From assembly GCA_965223565.1 (NCBI GenBank), contig CBDCWV010000017.1:84463-148462 (forward strand): 64,000 nucleotides of DNA. Reading direction: 5' to 3'. Positions within the stretch are counted from its first letter, which is position 1. Every line of letters begins with the position of its first letter. The position numbers and the translations under genes were made by a program. Shown piece by piece: positions 36,840 through 45,402 of the stretch. The DNA comes from Myxococcota bacterium. Lineage in GTDB: Bacteria > Myxococcota_A > UBA9160 > UBA4427. Under the pieces are notes generated by a model. It had not been told where the DNA came from. It saw only the letters and a list, made by a program, of their open reading frames with translations, and did not search any database.

Positions 36840-39268
36840 TGCACTGCAGCGGCGTGCTGCTCGAGTGCGTGGAAGACGTAGAGATCCGTCGCCTCGAGGA
36901 ACATGCTGGAGGAGATCGCTTCCGCCCCGAAGCGCTCCTTCTCGAGCGTCGCGCCGAAGCCGAAGTAGACGGGCCTGCGCCCGAGCTCACGCGCTCGATC
37001 GACCGCTTGTCGCAACATCTGGCGATAGAGGCCCTGATCGAGCACATAGTCGTAGTCGAGACCCGCGAAGAGCGGGATGAACCCCCGTTGGCCGCGGTAG
37101 GCCGCGCCGAACGCGATCACACGGCCGGCAGGATCCCCCGACTCGCGAACGCGCACGAGCTCCCAATCCGGCGACGCAATGACGGCGCGAAGCAGATTCT
37201 CCGGCAATCCGAACGTATTGAGCTCGAGATTGCGGTTGCGCACGTTCTCGTAGAGCGAATGCAGATGCGCGATCTCGTCGTCCGGCAGCTCGGTGACTTC
37301 GTCGGGAAGCACTTCGAAGTCATAAGAATCGTTCCAGGGCTCGACCTCGCGGCGTTGGTAACGCCGCGCGCGATAGGAGAGTCTCGCGAGGAGCTCCTCG
37401 CTCGTTCGACCCGGGTCACGCAGGACTAGACTCTCCGGACAGGGCATGCGCATCAGGCCCTCGTCCTCGAAGATCTCGATCAGCTCGGGACAGCGATCCG
37501 GGATGTCACGGATCACGCGCATGTCGCATTCGAGTCGTTCCGCATCACGGCGGACCGCACTGAGCAGAATCTCGATCGCCTGACGACTCGCCGGACTGTC
37601 GGCCGGATCACGCAGCCAGAGATGGTTCCCCTCCGACAGCAAACAGCCCATCGCAAAGACGCTCTGCGTCAGATAGAGGGGCTCCTCGACGCGGCGGGCT
37701 TCGATCTCCGCGGAGACCGCCGCGGGCGAGAGCATGTCGGCCTTCCAGAGCGACTTCGTGAAGCAGGTCGCCAGGACCGGATCGCCATCTTCGTCGCGGA
37801 CGATGTAGTAGCGGAAATCCCAATGGCGCTCGATCGAATCCTCGGCGCCGAATACGGACTCGAAGGTGGCGAGCGCCGTCGAGCCGAGACTGCCTCGCTC
37901 CCCGAGCATGCGATCCCACTCCGCGCGATCGAGCTTTTCGATCGTATCGGCCGTCTCCAGCCGGAAGACGCCCGCGAGCGACGGCTTGCGCTCACAGGGC
38001 GCAACGGGTGGCTCGATTCGGAAGGCCCGGTACACGTCTTCGGGCGAGGTGCCTGCGTCCTTCAGGGCGGGCTCCCAGTGATAGGCGATGCGATGCATCA
38101 GGGATTCGATGTCATCCATCGTGTGATGTCGTGTCAGCAGAAATCGACCCCCCGCCCGTCGCGCGGGCAGCGCCGGGAACTGGGCCGGGTTGATGTAGAA
38201 GCCGTCCTCGAGCAGCCGGCTGCACAGGCTGTGACAAGCCTCGATCGCCCCCATCGCAACCAGACCTACGGGCGTGTCGGGCGAGGAGGTCATCGGAAGG
38301 CCGAGCGCCTCGGCGATTTCATTCCTGCGCTTCATGCGCGCTCGCAGATCGGCCTGGAGCTCATCGATCTCGGGCGTGAGATGGATTCGAGCCGACTCGA
38401 TCGCCGCGCCCAGAACGGGCGGCTGGAGTGGTCCCCCGAAGATCAGCGTCGGGCCACATCGCTGTACCTGAAGACGCGTCGCCTCGTCCGGCAGCACGAC
38501 GAGACCACCGCCCGTGCCGAATCCCTTACCCAGGCCCGTCGTGAGGACCATCTGCGGATGGAGCGGCGTCTCACCGAGGATGCTCCCGGAGCCGCGGGGC
38601 CCACACCAGCTCATCCCATGCGCGTCGTCGACGTAGAAACGCAGCTGGGGATAGCGGTCGAGCAAAGCGACGACCTCACGGGTCGGGGCGAGCTTTCCCG
38701 TCATGCTGTGGACGCCGTCGGCCATGTACCAGATGCGTCCGTGCCTTTCCGAGAGCGCGCGCACACGACGCTCCAGTCGTCCGAGACCGTTGTGCGGCAC
38801 CACCTCCATATGAACACCGCCGGCCTGCGCGACCTTGCAGGCCATCTGGACACTCGCGTGCACCTGGTGGTCGAGCAGGATCGCATCGCCCTCGTCGACG
38901 AGCGTCGGAATCGCCGAGAAATGGCCCAGCGTCGTCGTCGACGCGACGACGACATGCGCCTCGAAGATCTGCCTGAGCAGCGCTTCGAATTCCTCGTAGA
39001 GCGACGCCGACAGATAGGATCGCGACGCGCAGACCTGGATGCCGTGCGAACGCACCGCACGAACGGCGCCCTCGACGAGCCGTGGGTCGAGCTCCAGGCC
39101 GAGATAGCTGCAGGAGGCGTAATTGACGAGCGTGCGGCCGCGAATCCGCACCATCCGGCCATCGTTCTCGGCGGGCGCGTCCTCCGCGATGCAGCCAGCG
39201 ATTCCGGCCTCGTTCAGGTCGGCCATGATTCGCGTCGTGAATTCGAGTCGGTCTCGTTGTGTGCGCAT
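36836..39268 (-). CDS. Fusion protein: alpha-oxoamine synthase (AONS/KBL/SPT family, PLP) joined to a C-terminal FemAB/BioF2-like acyltransferase-type domain
   Basis: The N-terminal half reads NYASCSYLGL...TTLGHFSAIP...FYVDDAHGMSW...TTGLGKGFGTGGG, which fits class-II aminotransferase / alpha-oxoamine synthase blocks including the PLP Lys. The C-terminal approximately 400 aa (AEWDRML...WDFRYYIVRDEDGDPVLATCF...) resemble a GNAT-fold FemAB/BioF2-like domain. That second call is tentative. Confidence 0.65.
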   Translation of the reverse strand: MRTQRDRLEFTTRIMADLNEAGIAGCIAEDAPAENDGRMVRIRGRTLVNYASCSYLGLELDPRLVEGAVRAVRSHGIQVCASRSYLSASLYEEFEALLRQIFEAHVVVASTTTLGHFSAIPTLVDEGDAILLDHQVHASVQMACKVAQAGGVHMEVVPHNGLGRLERRVRALSERHGRIWYMADGVHSMTGKLAPTREVVALLDRYPQLRFYVDDAHGMSWCGPRGSGSILGETPLHPQMVLTTGLGKGFGTGGGLVVLPDEATRLQVQRCGPTLIFGGPLQPPVLGAAIESARIHLTPEIDELQADLRARMKRRNEIAEALGLPMTSSPDTPVGLVAMGAIEACHSLCSRLLEDGFYINPAQFPALPARRAGGRFLLTRHHTMDDIESLMHRIAYHWEPALKDAGTSPEDVYRAFRIEPPVAPCERKPSLAGVFRLETADTIEKLDRAEWDRMLGERGSLGSTALATFESVFGAEDSIERHWDFRYYIVRDEDGDPVLATCFTKSLWKADMLSPAAVSAEIEARRVEEPLYLTQSVFAMGCLLSEGNHLWLRDPADSPASRQAIEILLSAVRRDAERLECDMRVIRDIPDRCPELIEIFEDEGLMRMPCPESLVLRDPGRTSEELLARLSYRARRYQRREVEPWNDSYDFEVLPDEVTELPDDEIAHLHSLYENVRNRNLELNTFGLPENLLRAVIASPDWELVRVRESGDPAGRVIAFGAAYRGQRGFIPLFAGLDYDYVLDQGLYRQMLRQAVDRARELGRRPVYFGFGATLEKERFGAEAISSSMFLEATDLYVFHALEQHAAAVQ

Positions 39269-39469
39269 CCCCGCGCTCCTTCCGAGATTTCCGCAGCCTC
39301 GATGTCGAGGAGGTTACGATCGGTTGGAGATCCTTCGGAAATAAACGCGCAACGCTTGAGCAAGGGCGACTTGAATACGAGTATGTCAGTCCTCCCCGCG
39401 TGATCCGCCGAAACGGGCGACGTCGTTTCTGGAAGCTACGCTGTCTCAGAGTCGCGCCCCGAATGGAGT

Positions 39470-41464
39470 ATGAGAATGAGCGGAGTCTCGGCGAGAGCGC
39501 TCTCCGCGATTCTAGAGGCCGCTCCATCCGAGCGGATCGCCCTGGCGGATCTCTTCGACGGGCTTCCGATCTCGCCCGCCGTCCTCGAGTCGCCCGGAGA
39601 GCGGATCGAGTGGGAAGACTTCGCGACGATCATCGATCGTCTGGCGGATCGGGTGGACGGACCCTCCGGATTGATCGCGGTCGGGGAGTCGATCAGCTCG
39701 AAGACGGGGCTCCGGGTGCTACGCGTGATCGGGCGCGCCGTGACGAACCCGCGAGACCTCTATGTTGCGGGCACGCGCTGGATCGGGCCGCGACTCTTTC
39801 CCATGCTCGAGGCGACGATCGAGGAGACGCGGGAGGGCCTCCTCGTCCAGCGTCTCACCCTGCAGTCCAACCATCGGAGCTGCCCGGCACTCTTCTATGT
39901 GATCCAGGGAAGCCTGGCGAGCTCACTCCGCAACTGGGGACACGGTCGCTCGGAGGTCAGCCTTCGAATCGATGGACGGCGCGCCACCTACCTGATCCGC
40001 CCGCATAACACACGGATCGGCCTGCTGTCGCGCGCGGTCCGGTCGCTGCGGCGACGCAAAGCGCTCGAAGATCTGAGCAGCGAATTCGATCAGCAGCGCG
40101 TCGAGATCCATGCGAGCTATCGCGAGATCCGTGAAGCGCGCGACCGAGTCGCCGCCTACGCGCACGACCTCGAACGGATCAACGCCTTCGGTCGCGAGCT
40201 CTCCGAGGAGATCGAGCTCGAACGCGTGGCGGATTCGCTCGGTCGAATGCTGATCGTCGACCTCGGCCTCGCCGGGATCGACCTCGAGCTCGTCCTCGAC
40301 GCGAACGCCGGAGACCAGAACGGCGAGGAGGCCAGCCGACCCGATGTCTTCCGACGTCGCGAAGGCGCTTGCGAGGGCGAGCCCGGGTCGAGCTTCGACC
40401 TCGTCTCCGCGGGGCGATCGATCGGAGCCCTCCGAATCTGGAACGCCGATCGCGAAGACGACGGCACACCGACCGAAGCCCTCGTCGAGCAGATCCTGCC
40501 GTGGATCACGATCGCCCTGGACAACGCGCGCACCTACGAGGCCCTCGAACGGCATGCCGCGGACCTCGAACATCGGATTGAGGAGCGCACGACCCGCCTG
40601 CTCGCCGCGAACCACCAGCTCGTACGCGAGATCGACGAGCGCAAGCGCGCGACGGATGCACTGCTTCGGTCCGAGGCGCAGCTACGCGAATCAGAGCGAC
40701 TGGCGGCGATCGGCACGCTCGCAGCCGGGATCGCCCACGAGATCAACAATCCGATCGGGTCGATTCTGGCAGCGGCCCAGTTCGCCCAGCTGATCGGTCG
40801 TGAGCAGATTCAGCCGCCGGAAATCGAGACGGCCCTCCGCGATATCGTCGTCGAATCGAAGCGCTGTGGCGAAATCGTGCGAAGCGTCCTGCAGTTCTCG
40901 CGCGAGGAGCGGACGGAGAAATGGGATTGCGAGCTGCGCGAGATCGTTCGCCGCGCCAGCCGCCTGGCAGAATCCTTCGCGACCGAGCACCGAGCCGAGC
41001 TCGATGTCGTGCTTCCCGACCAGCCCGTGTGGGCCGTCGTCAATCCGATCCAGATCGAGCAGGCCCTGGTGAACCTGATTCGGAACGCGGTCGAGGCGGG
41101 TAGTGCGTCAATCCGGATATCGCTCGAGGAGCGCTACGCGGAGCGGACGGCGCTGATCGAGGTGCTCGACGACGGCAGCGGCCTGGCGGCGGGCGATGCG
41201 ACGCGGATCTTCGAGCCCTTCTATACGACACGACGCACCGATGGCGGCACGGGTCTCGGACTCAGCGTCGTCCACGGCATCTCGGCGGAGCACAACGGCA
41301 GCCTCAAGATCGATTCGAGCGAGGGCGGCGGGGCCTGCGCGCTGTTGGAGCTCCCGACCATTCCCGATCCCGCGCTCCGAGGCCGAGAGGGCCTGGACGC
41401 CGAGAAACCCAAGGACGACCTCCAGCCCTCGTCGGGGACGACGCTCGAAGAGCGTCTCGGCTGA
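39470..41464 (+). CDS. Sensor histidine kinase (cytoplasmic, orphan)
   Basis: H-box AAGIAHEINNPIGSI, N-box LIRNAVEA, G1 DDGSGL, G2 GGTGLGLS. A coiled-coil and a GAF-like region lie upstream. No response regulator is adjacent. Confidence 0.85.
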   Translation: MRMSGVSARALSAILEAAPSERIALADLFDGLPISPAVLESPGERIEWEDFATIIDRLADRVDGPSGLIAVGESISSKTGLRVLRVIGRAVTNPRDLYVAGTRWIGPRLFPMLEATIEETREGLLVQRLTLQSNHRSCPALFYVIQGSLASSLRNWGHGRSEVSLRIDGRRATYLIRPHNTRIGLLSRAVRSLRRRKALEDLSSEFDQQRVEIHASYREIREARDRVAAYAHDLERINAFGRELSEEIELERVADSLGRMLIVDLGLAGIDLELVLDANAGDQNGEEASRPDVFRRREGACEGEPGSSFDLVSAGRSIGALRIWNADREDDGTPTEALVEQILPWITIALDNARTYEALERHAADLEHRIEERTTRLLAANHQLVREIDERKRATDALLRSEAQLRESERLAAIGTLAAGIAHEINNPIGSILAAAQFAQLIGREQIQPPEIETALRDIVVESKRCGEIVRSVLQFSREERTEKWDCELREIVRRASRLAESFATEHRAELDVVLPDQPVWAVVNPIQIEQALVNLIRNAVEAGSASIRISLEERYAERTALIEVLDDGSGLAAGDATRIFEPFYTTRRTDGGTGLGLSVVHGISAEHNGSLKIDSSEGGGACALLELPTIPDPALRGREGLDAEKPKDDLQPSSGTTLEERLG

Positions 41465-41474
41465 GTGGCGCCGC

Positions 41475-42899
41475 TCAGGCGGAGTAGCTGCCCACCGCAC
41501 GCAAGGCAGGTCCGCGTTCCGCTGCGAGCGCGACGAGCGCCGCCGCTTCGCGCTCGATTCCGTCGCGGAGCACGTGCACGTCTCGCACGACATCGGGATC
41601 ACAGTTGAAGGCGAAGAAGAGCGACCCGCCGTAGCTCATCACGGTCACGCCGAGCGCCGACGAATCCTGCAGGGGCAGGATGCCATAGCACTCGACCAGC
41701 CGGGCGCCGTCGAGGTAGAGCGGCTTCTGCGGTCCGGGAGACTGGAGGATGGCGAGCTGGCCCGTGTCGATCGTCTTGATCGCGCGCGCGGCGATCGAGA
41801 ACAGGCGCGCTGCGTTCCACTCGTGACCCGCGGAGATGATCTCCGCCGACGCCGCATCCGACTCGCTGACGATCAGCCGCGTCTGCTCGACGAGCAGCGC
41901 GTGTCGGTCGATCGCCGTCTCCTCCCAGATCGGCAGCTCGAGCACCCAGGGGCGCGCCTCGCGTCCGGTCGAGTCGAGAACCGGCGTCACGGCACGCAGG
42001 TCCACCGTCTCCGGGCTGACCCGGAGCTCGTCGACGAAGCCCCGAAGGGCACCGGTCAGAATCGTCAGCACGACGTCGTGAACGGTGCCACCCAGCGATT
42101 GACGAACGGACTGGATGCTCTCGAGATCGACCTCGCAGACGGAGAAGGCGCGATGGGGGCCGAGATTGCCGTCGAAAGGGGATTCACCCGCCGGCCGCAG
42201 CTGGTAGCCCATCGCTCGCAGGACACCCTGGGCCTGCACCTGCAGGCCACGGCTGGCACGGCCAGGCGTGCGGATGATGTCGAGGCCTGCCCGGATCAGC
42301 TTTCGAGTCGGGCTCCAGCGTCGGACCACCTCCTGCCCGAAGAGCTCGAGCGGCGACGGCGCCGGTCGAGGACTGAAGCGTCCGGCGCTACCTCGAACCG
42401 GATCTTCGGTCGCCGAGAGAATCGAACGCAGCAGATCCGTGCCCTCCAGATGTGCGAGCGACTTGTGCATCTTCAGCACGAGCGCGAATCGACCGCCTTC
42501 GAGCCCCTCGATCAGCCAGCAGTCCCAGAGCGGTCGGGACCGGTCGAGTCGCGTCGCCGCGATTCGCGACGCGGTGCGGCAAAGCTGTGCGTGATTGCCC
42601 GGGCGCGGCAGACTCGACTGTTGCAGGTGGTAGTCGAGGTTGAACTCCTGGTCGTCGACCCAGACCGGATGCCCATCGAGCGGAACCCGGCGGAGCTTCG
42701 TGCGCAGGCGTGGCAGCTCGGGCAGGCGGGACAACACGATCTCGCGAATGCGGTCGAAATCGATGCCACCCCCTTCCGTCGCGAGCGGTCCGGCTTCGAA
42801 GACGAGGATCATCGCCGTATGCGACCGACGTCGCGAGGACTCCTGGTTGAGGTGGTTCGCGCTCTCTTCCGAGAGTCGCTCGTAGAAGACTCGTGCCAC
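41475..42899 (-). CDS. WS/DGAT-family acyltransferase paralog with a degenerate HHxxxDG motif
   Basis: Family architecture is present (PLWDCWLIEGLEGGRFALVLKMH...; C-terminal LYLDGARLVECYGILPL). The active-site block reads MHKSLAHLEG instead of HHxxxDG. Confidence 0.65.
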   Translation of the reverse strand: MARVFYERLSEESANHLNQESSRRRSHTAMILVFEAGPLATEGGGIDFDRIREIVLSRLPELPRLRTKLRRVPLDGHPVWVDDQEFNLDYHLQQSSLPRPGNHAQLCRTASRIAATRLDRSRPLWDCWLIEGLEGGRFALVLKMHKSLAHLEGTDLLRSILSATEDPVRGSAGRFSPRPAPSPLELFGQEVVRRWSPTRKLIRAGLDIIRTPGRASRGLQVQAQGVLRAMGYQLRPAGESPFDGNLGPHRAFSVCEVDLESIQSVRQSLGGTVHDVVLTILTGALRGFVDELRVSPETVDLRAVTPVLDSTGREARPWVLELPIWEETAIDRHALLVEQTRLIVSESDAASAEIISAGHEWNAARLFSIAARAIKTIDTGQLAILQSPGPQKPLYLDGARLVECYGILPLQDSSALGVTVMSYGGSLFFAFNCDPDVVRDVHVLRDGIEREAAALVALAAERGPALRAVGSYSA

Positions 42900-43025
42900 T
42901 GGTCCTGCTCCTCTGGCCGCAGACTCTGCCCACGGACTACCGTCGCGTCTCGATTCTGCTGGTGACGCCGGTCGCGACGACGCTCGCCGCCGCGCTCGCT
43001 TAATCGCTGTCTCGGGTCGATTCGC

Positions 43026-44258
43026 TCAGCCCGCCGCACGCTCCTCGCTTGCCTCGTCGAACGCGAAGGGCGCCTCTCCTTCCGCGAAGAGATCCCGGCC
43101 GGCGATGCGACGGACGAAGGGTTTGAGATCGGATTTCATCGATGCCAACACGTGCCCCGACGGCAGCCAGGCGATCTCAGGCTTCTGCCAATGGCGCCAC
43201 AGGGCGCGCGCCTGGTCCGGTCGCGCCACGCGGTCGGCGACGCCGGCATAGATGTAGCGCTTCGAGACCGGCAGGCGCGGCTCGAAGGTGAGCGGCGAGA
43301 CCGGGTGCATCACCTCGTAGACGAGCCCCCAGTCCGTCTGCAGATCGCCGCCATAGGCCTGGTAGGCCCAGGGCTCGTTGTCCCTCGCCAGCGACGTGAA
43401 GTCGACGGCCGGGATCCCGGCGATCACGCAGGCCAGGTCGTCGATGAACGCAGAGGCGAGCGAGACGGTGTAGCCGCCGAGGGAGATGCCGTAGAGACCG
43501 ACGGGCGCCTCGCTGCGCTGTCGGATCCAATCGACCATCCGGCGAATATCCCAGACGGCCTGGGAGAACATGTGGAGCACGTTGGCGAATTCGGGCTGCA
43601 GCAGGCCGCCACCGCTGAAGCGCGTACTCGAGCGGGGCCCATGGAGGGGAAGCACCGGCATCAACACGTTCAGGCCGAGCTCCTCGTGGAGCCAGTCGGC
43701 CGCCAATCCGTGGATGTTCGAGGTCGGCTGCCCCATGCTGAAGCCGTGCGTGCAGACGAGCCAGGGTCGATCAGCCCCCTCGTGCTCCATGACGTAGGCG
43801 ACCGCCGTCCCGTTCTCTTCGTGCGCCAACCATCGCTCGCGACCGGGCTCGCCCGGACTCGGCTCGTATTGACTCTCGAACGTCATCTCGATGTAGTCGG
43901 TGCGTCCGCGCATGCTGCTCGAGACACGCGGTACGAGTGTCGGCGCGCGCAGCACCGGCGGCCGCCGGTGGTAGCCGCTCGGATCGTCGTACCAGCCGTT
44001 CTGCGCGATGAAGTCGCGCATCGCGAGTAGCTCCTGATGTCCGCGCCGAACCTGCTGCGATTCGGGCACGCCGACGAGCAGGCTGACCAACAGCGAGAAC
44101 CCACCGTCGATCAGCGCTTCCGCGATGATCCCCGCGTTCGGCTCTACCGCCGGTACGTCGCGATAACGCTGTTCGCGACGCAGCACGGCGGCCGTGTCGT
44201 TCGCCATGGCGGCGATCTCGATCGCCGGCGCCGTCAACCATCGAATCAAGCTACTCAT
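43026..44258 (-). CDS. Alpha/beta-fold hydrolase (esterase/lipase-like)
   Basis: Nucleophile elbow GISLGGY (GxSxG) and a C-terminal His region LPSGHV. The ATG overlaps the tetR stop (ATGA at 44255-44258). Confidence 0.7.
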   Translation of the reverse strand: MSSLIRWLTAPAIEIAAMANDTAAVLRREQRYRDVPAVEPNAGIIAEALIDGGFSLLVSLLVGVPESQQVRRGHQELLAMRDFIAQNGWYDDPSGYHRRPPVLRAPTLVPRVSSSMRGRTDYIEMTFESQYEPSPGEPGRERWLAHEENGTAVAYVMEHEGADRPWLVCTHGFSMGQPTSNIHGLAADWLHEELGLNVLMPVLPLHGPRSSTRFSGGGLLQPEFANVLHMFSQAVWDIRRMVDWIRQRSEAPVGLYGISLGGYTVSLASAFIDDLACVIAGIPAVDFTSLARDNEPWAYQAYGGDLQTDWGLVYEVMHPVSPLTFEPRLPVSKRYIYAGVADRVARPDQARALWRHWQKPEIAWLPSGHVLASMKSDLKPFVRRIAGRDLFAEGEAPFAFDEASEERAAG

Positions 44259-45097
44259 CCAACCTCCTGCTGGGCTTCCGTCGGGTCCGCGCAGACCATC
44301 CGGAGAAGTCGTCGCACCAGGCGCTCGGAAACACCTTCGGCATCCTGCACGCCGTGCTCGATCGCGCTCACGACCTGCACGCGTGTCATCGCGCGAATCA
44401 TCTGGGCCGTCTCGGTTGGGTCGTCGTCACAGAAGACGCCGGCCGCGATCCCCTCTCGCAACATCGCTTCGTAGGCGAGCTGCCCCTCGTCCCAGAGCGC
44501 GCCCGCGCCTTCGTCTTCCGGCCGCATCGCCCAGGACACGTGGCTGCGCATGTGGATGCGCGACCAGTCCCGATGCTCGAAGAGGAACCGCACGAAGGCA
44601 CGGGTGCCCGCCACCAGCTGCTCGACCGGCCCCCCGGCCCCGCGACGGGCCCGCTCGACCGCGTCGAACATCGCCTGCCCGCGCGACAGCATGATCGCCT
44701 CGTAGAGCTCCCGCTTGCCGGCGAAGCTCGCGTAGACGGTCTTCAACGAGACCCCGGCTTCGGTCGCGATCTCCTGCATGGTGGCCTGATCGAAGCCCTT
44801 CTCTCCAAAGACGCATTCGGCGGACTCGAAGATCAGGTCCTGGTACATCCGACTGCGCGCGTCCTCGAGCCGGGAGGGGCCCGACCGAGACGGCACCTCC
44901 CGCCTGGCCGTCAGCTTCTGGGTCCGCTTGCCGGCAGTCTTGGCCGCTCGTTTGGCTGTACCCTTGCCGCGTGCACGCTTGCCCCGCGAGGCTCCCTTCG
45001 CGGCAGCCGTCTTCACTGACGCCTTCGCCGGCGTCTTCGGGTTCGCCCCTGCGGGACCCGACCCCTTCGCGTCAGTCGGCTTGCTGGTTCCTGTCAT
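44255..45097 (-). CDS. TetR/AcrR-family transcriptional regulator with a Lys/Ala-rich (histone-H1-like) N-terminal tail
   Basis: HTH region GFDQATMQEIATEAGVSLKTVYASFAGKRELY, preceded by about 75 aa rich in K/A/G/T (KTPAKASVKTAAAKGASRGKRARGKGTAKRAAKTAGKR). Confidence 0.8.
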   Translation of the reverse strand: MTGTSKPTDAKGSGPAGANPKTPAKASVKTAAAKGASRGKRARGKGTAKRAAKTAGKRTQKLTARREVPSRSGPSRLEDARSRMYQDLIFESAECVFGEKGFDQATMQEIATEAGVSLKTVYASFAGKRELYEAIMLSRGQAMFDAVERARRGAGGPVEQLVAGTRAFVRFLFEHRDWSRIHMRSHVSWAMRPEDEGAGALWDEGQLAYEAMLREGIAAGVFCDDDPTETAQMIRAMTRVQVVSAIEHGVQDAEGVSERLVRRLLRMVCADPTEAQQEVG

Positions 45098-45110
45098 TTG
45101 CTCGTCTCTC

Positions 45111-45182
45111 TCGTGACCGGGCTCGTGACCGGGCTCGTGACCAGGCTCGTGACCGGGCTCGTGACCAGCCCCGTGAACGCCC
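45111..45182. repeat. Tandem 12-bp direct repeats (TCGTGACCGGGC): 5 good copies plus 1 degenerate, starting 14 bp upstream of the tetR start codon
   Basis: Read directly. Units at 45111, 45123, 45135, 45147 and 45159, with a degenerate unit at 45171. Variants are CCGGGC, CCAGGC and CCAGCC. Confidence 0.9.
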
Positions 45183-45343
45183 TCGCGACGGTTCTCGCCC
45201 CGGCCACCCTGGCGACTCGGCCCACCGGATCCCCCCGGCAGTCGATTGTTGCCTTAATCGTGTCGAATGCTCGCAGCGCCGTAATCGCTACTTCCGACTG
45301 GAAAATGATTCGTTGCCGAGCATAGAACACTTGAATCGCTTTT

Positions 45344-45361
45344 GGAAAATCTTTATTTTCC
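45344..45361. promoter_or_regulatory. Perfect palindrome GGAAAAT-CTTT-ATTTTCC in an AT-rich patch about 42 bp upstream of the WS/DGAT start; candidate operator
   Basis: Read directly. The half-site GGAAAAT also occurs at 45300-45306. It lies in the tetR / WS-DGAT divergent intergenic region. The function is inferred. Confidence 0.35.
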
Positions 45362-45402
45362 CCGCTGAAACCAAGAATCGACCGCACTCACGGAGCGCCC
45401 CC

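Noticed and set aside
41462-41480. Short inverted repeat CTGAG-N8-CTCAG spanning the convergent stops of the histidine kinase and WS/DGAT-like genes, as a bidirectional terminator
   Set aside because: The stem is only 5 bp and there is no U-tract on either strand. That is too weak to call.
45094-45387. 97-aa minus-strand ORF (MRSILGFSGENKDF...VTSPVTSLVTSPVTSPVTRETSK) ending in an ATGA overlap with tetR
   Set aside because: The first half has very low GC3 (att, aaa, gat, ttt, caa codons), unlike every confident gene here. It would leave only 15 bp to the divergent WS/DGAT start, and there is no recognisable motif. I treat it as non-coding promoter DNA and keep it only as an alternative explanation in the repeat finding.
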